Below, piece after piece: positions 12,001 to 23,230 of a stretch of DNA of 64,000 nucleotides; the first letter of the stretch is position 1, and the number at the start of each line of letters is the position of its first letter. The stretch is from contig MEDY01000035.1 of NCBI GenBank assembly GCA_001724265.1, positions 1-64,000 on the forward strand. The letters run 5' to 3'. Position numbers and translations under genes: made by a program. Below the pieces are notes generated by a model. That model had not been told where the DNA came from. It did no database searches and saw only the letters and a program-made list of their open reading frames with translations. Source of the DNA: Rhizaria sp. SCN 62-66. Lineage: Eukaryota.

Positions 12001-12575
12001 GGGATCCACAGCGCTGACGTCACCGCCTCAACACTTGCAACAGCAGCAGCAGCGGCAGCAGCAGCAGCAGCAGCACCACCACCACCACCACCGCCACCAC
12101 CAGCGCCAGTTACCGATAGTAGAGAGATGGGGGATGGAGCGGGGACCTGTGAGGGGTCGAGGCGGGCGAGAAGGTCGGGCAGCGTCACGCGGAGCGTCTC
12201 AAAGGGGCCCTGCGCGGGATTGTGGCGGGGTCCAACCCCGCCGCCGAGCTCGAAGCATCCGGGACACATCAGCGCGCGCCGCGCGGGGCGGATGAGCCAC
12301 AGGGACGCGCCTTGGGCGACGGCAACGCAGCAGAGGTCGGGCGTCGCGGCGACCACGCAGCCGGCGAGCGGAGACGCGGCCTCGAGTAACGATGCAGAGG
12401 CTGCAGCAGCGGCCGAGGTTGCACCGGAGGCTGGGGAGGCGTCGGGTGGTGATGATAGAGCGGCGAGGGAAGCGACGACCCCGGCGAGCAAAGGAGGCGG
12501 GTGCTGACGCCAGTCGGGGCCGCCAAACGCGAAGTCGACGGGTGAGAGCGTGATCAGCCCCGCGGTGGCGTCCAT
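9057..12575 (-). CDS. RAB3GAP2: Rab3 GTPase-activating protein non-catalytic subunit (RAB3GAP2 N-terminal domain)-like; read through two in-frame TAGs (11679-11681, 10716-10718)
   Basis: Three consecutive ORFs in one frame separated only by single TAGs. LLLGTSRGRLLV in the first segment; WTDGLGRAALL..LRLWKGLRDASAAWV..LLLAPRRGVIELW in the last (family motif RMWKGYRDAQ..APRRGxxEVW). First ATG 12575, stop TAA 9057-9059. Confidence 0.8.
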
Positions 12576-12969
12576 GCGTGGCTGTGGAGCGGGGCTGAGG
12601 CGAGGAAGAGCGTCAAGCACGGGCGGGGTCAAGATAAGATTCGGTTCGAGGGGTTAACTCTGTGGTGGAGCAACAGCAACAAACTAAAATAGAGATGCAT
12701 GCAGCAGGGTGTCCGTCAGTGGGAGTATTATAAATGAGAAATATACGTATTCGTAAAATGATATATGTATATAAATAAGTACACGCTTGAGACGATGGGA
12801 AACTCGGCTGGCGCCGAAATTAACATTAGCCTCAACCCGCCTCTCGGTCGTTGCACTGGCCACAAACAAGTTTCCTCCACATGACATTATAAATGTTCCT
12901 TCTACGTTTAAAAGTGGGGTTATATAGCAAAAACAAGTTTTATATCCTAATCGATGGCTATCGTCTCAA

Positions 12970-15900
12970 ATGCATGACTCTATTCGCTCACGCTCCGCAC
13001 TTTGCGCTTCACGGCACGTCTCTTCGGTCTTCGGCAGCCGTACTTTTCCCCCCTACCCAAAACAGCTTGTAGACGTATCCTCGCTTCCCAGCTCAACCGC
13101 GCGTCTGCCCGTAACTCCCGTCCTCCCGATGGGCACCCGCTTCCGCTTCTACGTGCACGCGCCGTCGCCGGTGTTTGTGCCGCAGATGCGCGCCGAAGTC
13201 GAGACGCTGCTCAAGAGCGCGTCGCCCAACGCCAAGCTGCCGCGTCTCCACGCGTCCGGCACTTGCGGCCTCGAGTTCTCCGCCTCGCTGCGCGACATGT
13301 ACGTTCTCTCCAACGGGCTCCGCACCGCCGACGACATGCTCATCCAGCTCGCCCCGCGCAACGCCCGCGCCGGTTCGTATAACCAACTCGTGCGCACTCT
13401 GCAGGCGGTCCCGCTGCACGCCTTTGCTCACCGGTTCCAGCCCTGGCGCGACGCCGCGGGCCGCAAGCCGCGCGCGCGCTCCGAGGAGTCCCGCGAGCAG
13501 CAGCTCGCCGAGGCGCACCTGCTGCACAACAACGTCCGCGTGCTCTCCGACCGGTCGATCCTCAGCGATAAGCCGATGCTGCAGGACGTGGCCCGCGCGG
13601 CAGTCAGGGACATGCTCGCCCTGCGCCCGCGCCAGCGCCTCCGCGCGCGTGCTGTTGAATACACCGAGAACCCTCGTCTGTGGGGGCGCACGCTGGGCTC
13701 GCTGGAGGAGAGCCGCCGGGCGCGGCATGCGCTGACCGACGCCGCCACCGCGGCCGCCGCCAGGGCGCTCGGTGGCGACGAGGAGGATTGCGACGGTGGC
13801 GACGACGTAGTTAACACAGACGCTCGCACTGCAACTACGACAATCTCGAGCTCAACTTCTGCGAAGAGTGTCTCTGCAGCCTCTGCTGCTGCTCAGAGGG
13901 ATAACAATGCTGATGAGTTGCCATTTGGCGAGAGTGCCGCTCTCAAGCTCGAGGACGCGAATGCCGCCGACGAGGAGGATGCTGCGACCGCGGCGCGTGA
14001 CGCCGCCGCCGACGCTGCACTGCTGCGCCGTTTGCGCTCCGGTGACCGCATCCTACTTGACCAAGAGCAAGACCAAGACCAAGAGCACGACGATAACAAC
14101 GAGGACGGGTTTGTCAGCGAACACGACCACGCGACTTCTCTTGTCGCGGCAGACTCTACCGCGGGCTCTGCACTGGCACCTGTGGGCACCTACGACCCCG
14201 GTTTTGCGCCCGGCCGCGGCCGCCAGCCCTCGGGCCCCATGGCCGTGGTCCCCCGCACATCTACTATGCCGCCCTCGACGCTCATGGTGCCGCCGCCTCC
14301 GACCGACGACATGGCGCCCGCGGCGATGACGCTGCGGCTCGACCGCAACGCGCTCACCCTGTCCATGTCCGTCGCCGGGCACAAGGACCACGCACTACAC
14401 AAGCGCGGCTGGCGGTCCCGTGTCGTCGAGACCTCGATGCGCGAGACCGTCGCCGCGGGTCTGCTAGGACTGGTGGTGCAGAACTCGACGCCACTGTCCC
14501 CTCAGTCGCCGCTGCTGAAGCTGGGCACGGATCCCGTGTTCACGGCGCCGCTGTCCGGTGCGCTCCGCAGGCTCGCGCTCGACATCCCCTCGCTCGCGGC
14601 CGCGGCGCGCGCGGTCGAGGGCGAAGTTAGCGCGGCCAACAGCGGCGCTCTGACTGGCGGACAACAGCAGTCGCAGTCTCAGCAAGCGATTGCAGGCGCT
14701 GCGGGCTCCTTGATTAAGCCCTTTGCGTCTGCTGCTGCTGCTGCGGCGAGGAGTGGCGCCACGTCCTCAGTCTCTAACAAGTCGACGACGGCTAGCAACA
14801 ACAACAACAACAACAACAACAACGAAGATGTCAATGACGCTCCCGCTGGCGCTGAGGTCACTGCGCCTGTCGAGATAGATGTCGCTGCTGCTTCTGAGGG
14901 AACGCGTGCCCCTGCTGAGGGAACACGTGCCCCCGCGGTGCCGGTACCCATGCCCCGCGGCGGCTACCTCAACCTCTCCTCTTACGCCGCGCCCCCCGCC
15001 GACTTCACCGCTGCAACCGGCGCTGCCTCTGCCTCTGGCGCCGCCTCTGCTTCTCGCGCTGGCACTGGCTCTGCGGCGGGTGCCGGCACGCTCGCGACCA
15101 CTGCCGGCGCCTCCGCCCTGGCGCTGCAGACCCAGACTGGCGGTGGCGGCGGCGGCACTGCGGTGCTCCCCGCGGCTGCGACGGCGGCCCAACTGGCCGA
15201 GGTGGCGTCGATGGTGACGGCGCCGGTCGAGCGCGGGACCGTCTTTTCGCAGTTCCTCGAGGCGGCCCGCGAGTCGGTCGCCGCCGCGCCCCTCACACTC
15301 CCGTCCTCCTCCGACAATAACAGCATCAACAGCAACAACAACAACAGTAACAACACCGCCGCAAAGAGTGGCTCTCATCACGGCAAGGACACGGAGATGG
15401 ACAACGCGTTTGCGGTGGCGGAGCTGCTAGCGCAGTCGCCGCGCGCACTGGACAAGAGCGCCAGTCTTTCCCCGCCGCACGTGCACGCGCGCGACGGCGC
15501 TTCTCTATCAGAAGTGCTCGGGTACACGTTGTCCGCGGGGATCATGGGCGCGAGCCCGACGATGCGACTGTTTGACCCGTTTTGCGGGTCTGGAACCACG
15601 GTCATCGAGGCCGTGTACGCGTGGATGGGGCTGCCCACGCCGCCACTGCCGCGCGCCTTTGCGTTCCAGGACTGGCCGGTCCACAACGAGCTCGAGTACA
15701 ACACGCTGCTGCACGACTGGGCGCGCCGCTACGAGGACATCATTCAGACGTACATCGCGACCTTCGGCGCGTCCAAGGCGTTGTGGAAGGCCGGTGAGAC
15801 GCCTGCCGACGCACTCTCGCTCGACAACTTTCCTCTGTTCGTGGGGTCCGACCTGCGCGCCAAGGCGGTCATGTCAAGCGTCAACAACGCGCGCGACGCC

Positions 15901-16719
15901 GGCGTGGGGCTCTTCACGCAGTTCTACCAGGGCGACTTCGAGGACGTCATCTCGGAAGCCGGCACCGCGTGGGTTGACCTCCTCGTGCAGCAGGAGAAGG
16001 CCCGCGAGGAGCGCATGCGGCGCGCGCGAACTGCGCCTCGCGCCGGGCGCCGCAGCGGCGGGCTCGGCGTCGACCGCGCTGCGCTCCGCGATGAAGCGAA
16101 CGAAGAAGAAACCACTGCATCTGCTGCGGCGGTAGCAGAGCCTGCGTTTGGGACGAAGCGGTCTGAGACGCTCAAGACGCTTCCGAAGGCGGGGGCATCG
16201 CGCCCGAGCAATATTGTCACTTTAGACGCGATGGGCGCGGTGCGTCCGGTGCCGAAGCAGGACGCGCGCGGGCGGCCATTGCTCGACCTGCCGTACCCGT
16301 ACCTCAAGGGATACACAATGGTCAGCAACATCCCCTGGGGCGTGTCAGACGAGGACACACGTGGCGCGGGCGGACGGCGCGCGATCAACACCACGCAACA
16401 GGAGAGTATGGAGTCGCTCTACATGCGTCTCGGCCGTTCGCTGTACCGCCACAGCCACATGTTCCGGGACGTGTTCGTGCTGTCGGCGCACGCCAACTTC
16501 GAGCGCCACACGCGGCTGGGCGCGGAGCGGGCCGCGCGCGAGGACGAAGGCGCGCGCGCGGGCGGGCTAGATGCCGCGCGCCGCAAGGATGTGATGCTGC
16601 GGAATCAAGTCGTCAAGAGCCAGGGCGGGGGCGCGGCGGATTTCAAGTGGGAGAAGATCTGCTCGTTCTATAACAACGGTGTCAAGACGCATCTGCTCAA
16701 GCTCGATACCAGCAAGTGA
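12970..16719 (+). CDS. RlmL/THUMP-family (UPF0020-like) SAM-dependent RNA methyltransferase with large low-complexity insertions
   Basis: LHKRGWR..SMRETVAAGLL, LFDPFCGSGTTVIEA (motif I), FVGSDL..NNARDAGV..FYQGDF, MVSNIPWG (NPPY-like), FYNNGVKTHL. True start may be ATG 13129. Stop TGA. Confidence 0.78.
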   Translation: MHDSIRSRSALCASRHVSSVFGSRTFPPYPKQLVDVSSLPSSTARLPVTPVLPMGTRFRFYVHAPSPVFVPQMRAEVETLLKSASPNAKLPRLHASGTCGLEFSASLRDMYVLSNGLRTADDMLIQLAPRNARAGSYNQLVRTLQAVPLHAFAHRFQPWRDAAGRKPRARSEESREQQLAEAHLLHNNVRVLSDRSILSDKPMLQDVARAAVRDMLALRPRQRLRARAVEYTENPRLWGRTLGSLEESRRARHALTDAATAAAARALGGDEEDCDGGDDVVNTDARTATTTISSSTSAKSVSAASAAAQRDNNADELPFGESAALKLEDANAADEEDAATAARDAAADAALLRRLRSGDRILLDQEQDQDQEHDDNNEDGFVSEHDHATSLVAADSTAGSALAPVGTYDPGFAPGRGRQPSGPMAVVPRTSTMPPSTLMVPPPPTDDMAPAAMTLRLDRNALTLSMSVAGHKDHALHKRGWRSRVVETSMRETVAAGLLGLVVQNSTPLSPQSPLLKLGTDPVFTAPLSGALRRLALDIPSLAAAARAVEGEVSAANSGALTGGQQQSQSQQAIAGAAGSLIKPFASAAAAAARSGATSSVSNKSTTASNNNNNNNNNEDVNDAPAGAEVTAPVEIDVAAASEGTRAPAEGTRAPAVPVPMPRGGYLNLSSYAAPPADFTAATGAASASGAASASRAGTGSAAGAGTLATTAGASALALQTQTGGGGGGTAVLPAAATAAQLAEVASMVTAPVERGTVFSQFLEAARESVAAAPLTLPSSSDNNSINSNNNNSNNTAAKSGSHHGKDTEMDNAFAVAELLAQSPRALDKSASLSPPHVHARDGASLSEVLGYTLSAGIMGASPTMRLFDPFCGSGTTVIEAVYAWMGLPTPPLPRAFAFQDWPVHNELEYNTLLHDWARRYEDIIQTYIATFGASKALWKAGETPADALSLDNFPLFVGSDLRAKAVMSSVNNARDAGVGLFTQFYQGDFEDVISEAGTAWVDLLVQQEKAREERMRRARTAPRAGRRSGGLGVDRAALRDEANEEETTASAAAVAEPAFGTKRSETLKTLPKAGASRPSNIVTLDAMGAVRPVPKQDARGRPLLDLPYPYLKGYTMVSNIPWGVSDEDTRGAGGRRAINTTQQESMESLYMRLGRSLYRHSHMFRDVFVLSAHANFERHTRLGAERAAREDEGARAGGLDAARRKDVMLRNQVVKSQGGGAADFKWEKICSFYNNGVKTHLLKLDTSK

Positions 16720-17109
16720 GGAAAAGTGTTGTTACAACCAAAGCCAAGGCGAAAACAAGGCAAAGCTAAACGAGGGAAGGCGCAAGGTATTTATATTTAT
16801 AAAATATGATTGTTGAGTTGGTAGCGAGCTGCTCCGATGAAAAAACTAATATTAAGCTGTATTGAGGCATCGTAGTGGCCTGATTATGGCCCTGTTATTC
16901 AACAAATGCATTATCCAATCAATCAATACACATATCACATATCTTGTGAAATATCACCCTACTTAACAATAAAGATCGCACTGACTGACGAGGTGATGAG
17001 CCCATGAATCACTATATATGTACACGTACATAAGGACTTGACAAAGCGAAGAGTATTATTCGCTAGTGCCTGCATATGCGTGCATCCAGTTCTCAAACAG
17101 TGAAACACT

Positions 17110-17758
17110 TCAGTGGTCGGCGAGGTCAATCTCTGACTTGTTGTCCTCAACGAGCGAGAGCCTGAGGCGCTCGAGCTTGACCTGGAGCTCGGGTACGATG
17201 GCGACGATGAGCCCGCGGTTGACGCCGAGAGAGGCGACGAACGTGATGATGAGGGGGAGGTGCGCAACGTGCATGACAAGGTAGTCCTCGTAGAGCGTCG
17301 TGATGGTCGAGTTGGTGCCCAGCCCGAGCTTGCTGGCCATGCCCGTGGTCGTCGCGAAGACGACCGAGCCCGGGTCCGTGGCCAGCACGGGGGCCTGGTT
17401 GTGCGAGTACCCTTGTGTGTCTGTGAGCTCGATCTGCACGGGGAAGAGCGGGACGTGGTGGGGCGTGTCCTGGCGCATCACGCGCGAGTAGACGGCACCT
17501 TCAGAGTCGCTGATCACGATGCCGTACAGACCCTCCGTCCTGAGGGATAAGCATGAGTCGCAGAAGGGTGTGAGTGAGAGAGAGAAGCAATGAAAGAAAC
17601 TAGAAGTGAGTGCAGGGAAGCCGTGGTGCAAGGTATGAAACTATGAAGCAATATTGTGGTATTTCCCATAGATAGCAGCGTGGATATTCGACGTACCGGC
17701 CAATAACCTTTTCGAGTGAGGTGTTGATGGTCTCCGAAGTGACGGGATTAGCAGCCAT
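17110..17758 (-). CDS. LAMTOR3: Ragulator subunit LAMTOR3 (MP1)-like, 2 exons
   Basis: Exons 17758-17697 and 17539-17110, GTACGT..CAG intron 17696-17540. EGLYGIVISDSEG..FATTTGMASKLGLGTNSTI..LPLIITFVAS..NRGLI matches LAMTOR3. Stop TGA. Confidence 0.88.
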
Positions 17759-19011
17759 GCGGTAGAGCCCTGGGGAAACAGAAGAGGCGATTATGCGATG
17801 AGAGTGCATTTTTAGAAGGATTAATTTACTAGTGGAGTCGAATACATGCTTTAAACAGTGAATATATCTAATACATCTCATTTTTACGATCGGGTCATTC
17901 TGCAGTCACTCTGAAAGTATAGGTGTCGACGAGCCCTTGCTTCAGTGGTGAAGCCGTAGACGCAGCGTGCAACTTGTGGTTACGCTGAAGAAATCATAAG
18001 ATAGAACGCAAAGGATAGAGTGTTTCGGCATCAAAAACCTAGTGTCATGATACAAACAAATCTAACAGACTTGTAGACATGTGCTGAATGCATAATATTA
18101 GGATACAGTACGTGTATTACGAGGGGAAAAGACAAATAAGTTTCAGAGATCGTCTGGTCACAACACGACGAATTCGGACCTGCAGGTTTGCGGTTAAAGT
18201 CAAGAAAAATTGGCGAAAAAAGTAAAGATATATCAGGTTATTACCACCGATTATACACTCAAGCGTGCATGAAGAACGACGATGACGACAGCAACAAATC
18301 GTTATTTTTTGGGCAAGGAAACAGAAAAATAGGAGAGGAGGGGCTACATAACAGACGAGGGACTGTGTGGTGAGGGGGCAGCGGGCCACAAACGGCAGCA
18401 GTGGACGCGGTGGACTGGGTGGGACTGTGCGTTAAGAGGTTTATATATAACGCGCGTCACACAGCACCGCGCCGTATCGCTGTCACTGGTGGGACCGCGC
18501 CGCCACCACACGCCCTGTATCGCTCGTTGCTCGCCGCAGTGCAGTGTGATCTTCGTGAAATCACAGTGTGTTTGTGTGTGTGAGAGAGAGTGGGATGAAC
18601 GGGCGAGCGAGAGAGAGGGAAGAAAAAAGAATAGTCGATACGAATCGAAACAAACGAGTCACGATTATTTTAGTGGATTTAGGTGTGGAGATCGATAAGA
18701 AAACTACGAGTGTTATATATGAGTCTGTGGCAGTGAGAGTTTTGCGTCGGTTCACACAATCACTCTATCACGAACGCAAGTACACTGCACAAAGACAGAA
18801 CAGACATACAAACACAGAGCAAAACAAAGACCACGCATAACGTCGAATCTCTCAATATCGGCAGAGGTCTAACAAAATGCTGATCGCATCCTTGCAATTG
18901 CGAAAAACGTGTTTCAGCTAGCTGACTTCTAATGAGAGCGTGAGCGCGAGGCCCGCGAACATGTTGTCCGCACAGACTGAGGCACAACATGGAGCAAACC
19001 CGACGCGTCGC

Positions 19012-20223
19012 TTATGAGAGCGTGAGGCCCGCGAACGTGTCCGCGAGCGCGTCCGCCGTGGGCGACTGCGTGGCGTCTGCGGGGCCAGCGCCGGGCGAGT
19101 CAAGCGCCTCGGGTGCCTCGGGTCCGGGGCTGCCATTGCCATCGCCGTCGCCGCCGGCGTCGTTGGGCCCCGGGCCGCCGCCGTTAGTGCCTGTGAAGAC
19201 ATCGGGGGACACGTCGGGGGCCAGCTCGGCGGCGTCGGGCTCTCCCTCGGCGGGCTCCTCGCCGCCCGCGGCGCCGACCGCGGGGGCCGGGCCGCCCGGG
19301 GTGGTGCGCGCGGACCAGTCCCACACGAGGTCGTACTGGAAGCCCTGCTTGTTGAAGAGCTCGCGGAAGAGACGGCGCAGGTAGAAGTAGTCAGGCTTGT
19401 CGTCGAAGCGCAGGGAGCGACAGTAGTTGAGGTACGAGACAAACTCGGTCGGGATGCCCTTGCAGAGGACTTCGACAGGGGTGCAGATCTTCTTCTCAGA
19501 GATACGCTCGTACTTCTCCTTCTTGGAGAAGGCGCGCAGTCCCTGCCACGGCAGCACGCCCTTGCAGAAGTACACGAGCACGAAGCCCAGCGACTCGAGG
19601 TCGTCGCGGCGGGACTGCTCGATGCCGAGGTGCGTGTTGACCGAGGCGTAGCGCGCGGTGCCGGTGAGGTTGCGGAGCTCGTTGTAGGGGATGTGCTGGT
19701 GTGTCTTGGGGTCGCGGAACTTCTTGGCGAGACCGAAGTCGATGACGTAAACGAGGTTTTGGTACTTGTTGCGGCCGATGACGAAGTTGTCGGGCTTGAT
19801 GTCACGGTGGATAAAGTTGCGCGAGTGCACGTAGCCGATGCGTGCGATGAGCTGGTCCGCGAGCATCAGCGTCGTCTTGAGGGAAAACTTACGCCCGCAG
19901 TGGTTGAAGAGGTCCTCGAGCGATGAGCCGAGGAGGTCCATGACGAGGACGAAGTAGTCGCCTTCGCGGCCGAACCAGTGCACGCGCGGGATGCCGAGCG
20001 CGGTGACGTTGGTCATCGACAGCAGGATAGTGTAGAGCTTGTACTCGTACGACAGCTGCGGATGCTTGCTGTAGACGGACTCGAGCTTGATCGCAACAAG
20101 CTCGTTATTCTGAATGTTCGTGCCCTGGTAGATGTCGCCGAAAGAGCCGTGGTTGATCTTGCGGTTCATGCGGAAGCGTCCGCCAACCCGCACCTCCACA
20201 GAGGCCGCAGGGGGCTTTGACAT
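19012..20223 (-). CDS. CK1: Casein kinase 1
   Basis: [81 protein letters not shown] 20223, stop TAA. Confidence 0.97.
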   Translation of the reverse strand: MSKPPAASVEVRVGGRFRMNRKINHGSFGDIYQGTNIQNNELVAIKLESVYSKHPQLSYEYKLYTILLSMTNVTALGIPRVHWFGREGDYFVLVMDLLGSSLEDLFNHCGRKFSLKTTLMLADQLIARIGYVHSRNFIHRDIKPDNFVIGRNKYQNLVYVIDFGLAKKFRDPKTHQHIPYNELRNLTGTARYASVNTHLGIEQSRRDDLESLGFVLVYFCKGVLPWQGLRAFSKKEKYERISEKKICTPVEVLCKGIPTEFVSYLNYCRSLRFDDKPDYFYLRRLFRELFNKQGFQYDLVWDWSARTTPGGPAPAVGAAGGEEPAEGEPDAAELAPDVSPDVFTGTNGGGPGPNDAGGDGDGNGSPGPEAPEALDSPGAGPADATQSPTADALADTFAGLTLS

Positions 20224-20839
20224 TCTGGCCGACGGTCCCTTTACAATGAATACAAAGAGGTGAGGCAAATAGATAGCGGGGGAGTGGTGAGAAGGTGTGA
20301 GGTAATTTGATGCAAAGCAAGGAGATATCGTGCAGTATTCAGGATTCCCGGCGCAAGATAAGAGACAATTTAGAAGTATGCATCGGAAGACGGCTCAGAG
20401 GGCGACAATAAGCGTCCATTGGCGTCGCTGCAGCACAAAAGCAGAGCAGTGAGCGAAAGCGGAGACGAGGCAAGGACGCGGCTAATCCGGTCATGCACGC
20501 AAAAACCGACGTCAGACGCTAAAATAACATCATAACGGAATGGACAAAAGACCAATTTACAATGTGGCAAATCCCGTAGTCTTCCTCCGATTTTGGACGG
20601 GCGGGCTGGTCGCATTTCAATTCCGCGGTCCACCCATTTTCGCTTGGTCGGCTCAAAGAAATGCATTCTGTCCCTTTTTTGCGAACCGCGTGAGGTCAAC
20701 ATCGCGATTTGTGGTCAGCGTTTGAGCTCATTAGATTTCTCTGTCTACGATCCGTTGTTTGAAGGTGTGCGCAGTGTGACTAACTGTACTTACCATTTTT
20801 TGTTTAATCTCATTTTATTTTTGTGACAGGGTGTCCAGA

Positions 20840-22291
20840 ATGGAGGCTGACCCGTCTGACCTCGTGCGCACCTCGGCGGCTCTGGTCGCTCTCAACAGCC
20901 AGCACGTCGTGGGCATCGACATGGCGGCGATCAATAACCTCGCAGCGACGCTCTTCACCCCAGAGAAGATTGCGGACGTCAAGGCGAAGTTCACCGAGCG
21001 CACGGCGTCGCCCATGCTGTTCGATACACTGGAGAGCGAGATCAACTTCGCGACCGTCAATGCCATGCTCGCCTTCGGCAGCGGCTACCGACCTGAACTG
21101 CACCGCCTCTGCGGCCGCGGCGCCGCCGAAACGATGCTTTACGGCATGATCGGGCTCCATATGACACACGGCGACCTGAACGCGGACGTTCTGCTTGCGC
21201 TTACACTCGAGGAGGTCGCCGAGAGCTTCCAGCTCCCGCTCAACGAAGAGTATGAGCTAAGTCCCGCCGTGCGCGCCTACCGTGCGTCGCCGCTCAAGCC
21301 GCTGCTTGACGCCGTGCACGGTGCGCTGACAGGCGCCGGAGGGAAGCTTCGCAAGCTGCGTTACCCCGATTTCGCTGCGTATTTGGCCTCGCATGCGCGC
21401 CGTCACGCAGCCTACGACGCGGAGGGCGCTGTCTCCTACCGTTGCCAGCCGGTTATCGCGGCGCTCGTGAAGGATTTCCCCCAGTTTGACGACGCTGCTG
21501 ACGTTGTGCTTGTGCCCCCCGCCGCCGCGGGCAATGCGAAGGACGCCGCCGCGAAGCCCGAGACTAGCGACGCTGCTGCTGCAGCTGCTGCTGCTGCTGC
21601 TGCTGCGGACGCTGATGCTGCGGACGCTGATGCTGCTGCGAATGCGACGAGTGAGCTGACGACCCGCGTGCGCGCGCACGTGTACAAGAAGGCGCAGCTG
21701 CTGATGGCTGACCTGGCGACGCGCTGCGCGGGCCGTGAGCAGAGCTTCGCGTGGAGTGACGCCGCCGCCACACTCACGATCTTCGCCGATAACGTCGTGC
21801 CGGCGATGCTGACCAAGCTAGGCGTGCTGCAGCCGTGCGCGCGCGTTGAGCGCCGCATCGCCGCGCAGCAGCCGCTTGCGCGGTCGTCGGCGTATACACT
21901 GCGCTGTGCCGCAGTTGCCGCGTGCGAGCTCCTCCTCGACGCCGTAAACGCTGAGTCTGCCGCCGCCACGGACTCTGCCGCCGTGGCCACCCCTGCCAGT
22001 GATGATACTGCGGAGAACGCGCTCGAGTCGGGTCTGCGGTCGCTGGTCACCACCGCCGCTGTCACGGTCGAGGCCGTTGCAAGCGAGGGTGCTGAGGCGC
22101 CCGTGGTGGTCGCGAGTACTCCTGAGGGCGGGTTCCCAGTCGTGCCCGCACCCGTGACTTCACTGCGAGCGCGCGCTCGTGGCGTGCTGAGTGGGCCGGA
22201 GCTTGATTTCTTTCTGTATACGATGGGCAAGGAGACGCCCGAGCTGCGCCAGCTTGAACGCCACGTCTACCGAGATACTATCGCTTATTGA
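20840..22291 (+). CDS. Queuosine salvage protein (DUF2419/QNG1-like)
   Basis: FPQFDD..VYKKAQLLMADL..LTIFADNVVPAMLTKLGVL..LDFFLY..RH....IAY match DUF2419 motifs. ATG 20840, stop TGA. Confidence 0.8.
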   Translation: MEADPSDLVRTSAALVALNSQHVVGIDMAAINNLAATLFTPEKIADVKAKFTERTASPMLFDTLESEINFATVNAMLAFGSGYRPELHRLCGRGAAETMLYGMIGLHMTHGDLNADVLLALTLEEVAESFQLPLNEEYELSPAVRAYRASPLKPLLDAVHGALTGAGGKLRKLRYPDFAAYLASHARRHAAYDAEGAVSYRCQPVIAALVKDFPQFDDAADVVLVPPAAAGNAKDAAAKPETSDAAAAAAAAAAAADADAADADAAANATSELTTRVRAHVYKKAQLLMADLATRCAGREQSFAWSDAAATLTIFADNVVPAMLTKLGVLQPCARVERRIAAQQPLARSSAYTLRCAAVAACELLLDAVNAESAAATDSAAVATPASDDTAENALESGLRSLVTTAAVTVEAVASEGAEAPVVVASTPEGGFPVVPAPVTSLRARARGVLSGPELDFFLYTMGKETPELRQLERHVYRDTIAY

Positions 22292-23230
22292 GCGACATAT
22301 AACGTGTTAAGATGCCGTGACTGCGACAATGTGTTCAGGTGCAACACGTCTGCGATGGATGAAGATCAAGCGAATTTTATTGAAAGCGTGTGTGTGGTCG
22401 CAAACAGGCCAGATGCGGGTTAAATCAATGCGTATTCTGTCTATAAGAACTATTATGAGCTTAAATGCCCCGAATAAGAATACACTTGATATTGCGTCCA
22501 TTACTTGGTTGTCACACACTGCCTGCTTCGTCCGAGACTCTAACCGATCGTGCGTACCTCTCGGATTCAGAGCTACACATCACACAAAGTACTATAGGGC
22601 CTAGTCTAAATGCTCTTGATTGCGCTGTAATCGGGTCTTCGTGACGGTGTCGACTTTGACAGCGTCTGCAGCATCGTTGATGTAACCATATCCTGGGCTG
22701 TGATTGATCCTCGCGAAACGAGTTGGAATTTCTCGCCATCCCTGCGGGTATAAAACAAAAAGAAACAAGCATAATAAAATGAGTTAATAAGAAGCAGCGG
22801 TAATTGGCGGCTATTAATTTGCAGCTCAAGGATCAAATGTGCCCGTGGCTTTAGGCACAGACGATGCACACTTAACAAAACGATTTGTGGTGGAAACAAA
22901 ATCAACCGCCGACCGACCGCAGAGTCGCTCTTCGAGTCGCCATCAATCTTCGATATGCCCAGCGAATAACTATAGTCCACGCTGAGCTGTCTTTGTGGTC
23001 ACAGATTCTTGTGGGCTCTCATCGTGCATTCACGTCAGTCATGCGTGGCCGCTAGAACCCACCGCAGAAGGATAAGATTGGACTAAATCACAGTGTATTC
23101 TACGTTTAGTGTGAAATCTAAATAACCCCCAAACAAGGGCTTGTCTATTTGACAGTTACTACAGTCATCTTGCAAAGTAATTTCAATGAGTAAGTATTGT
23201 CGAAATATAATCAACACGATTTTAATGCGT

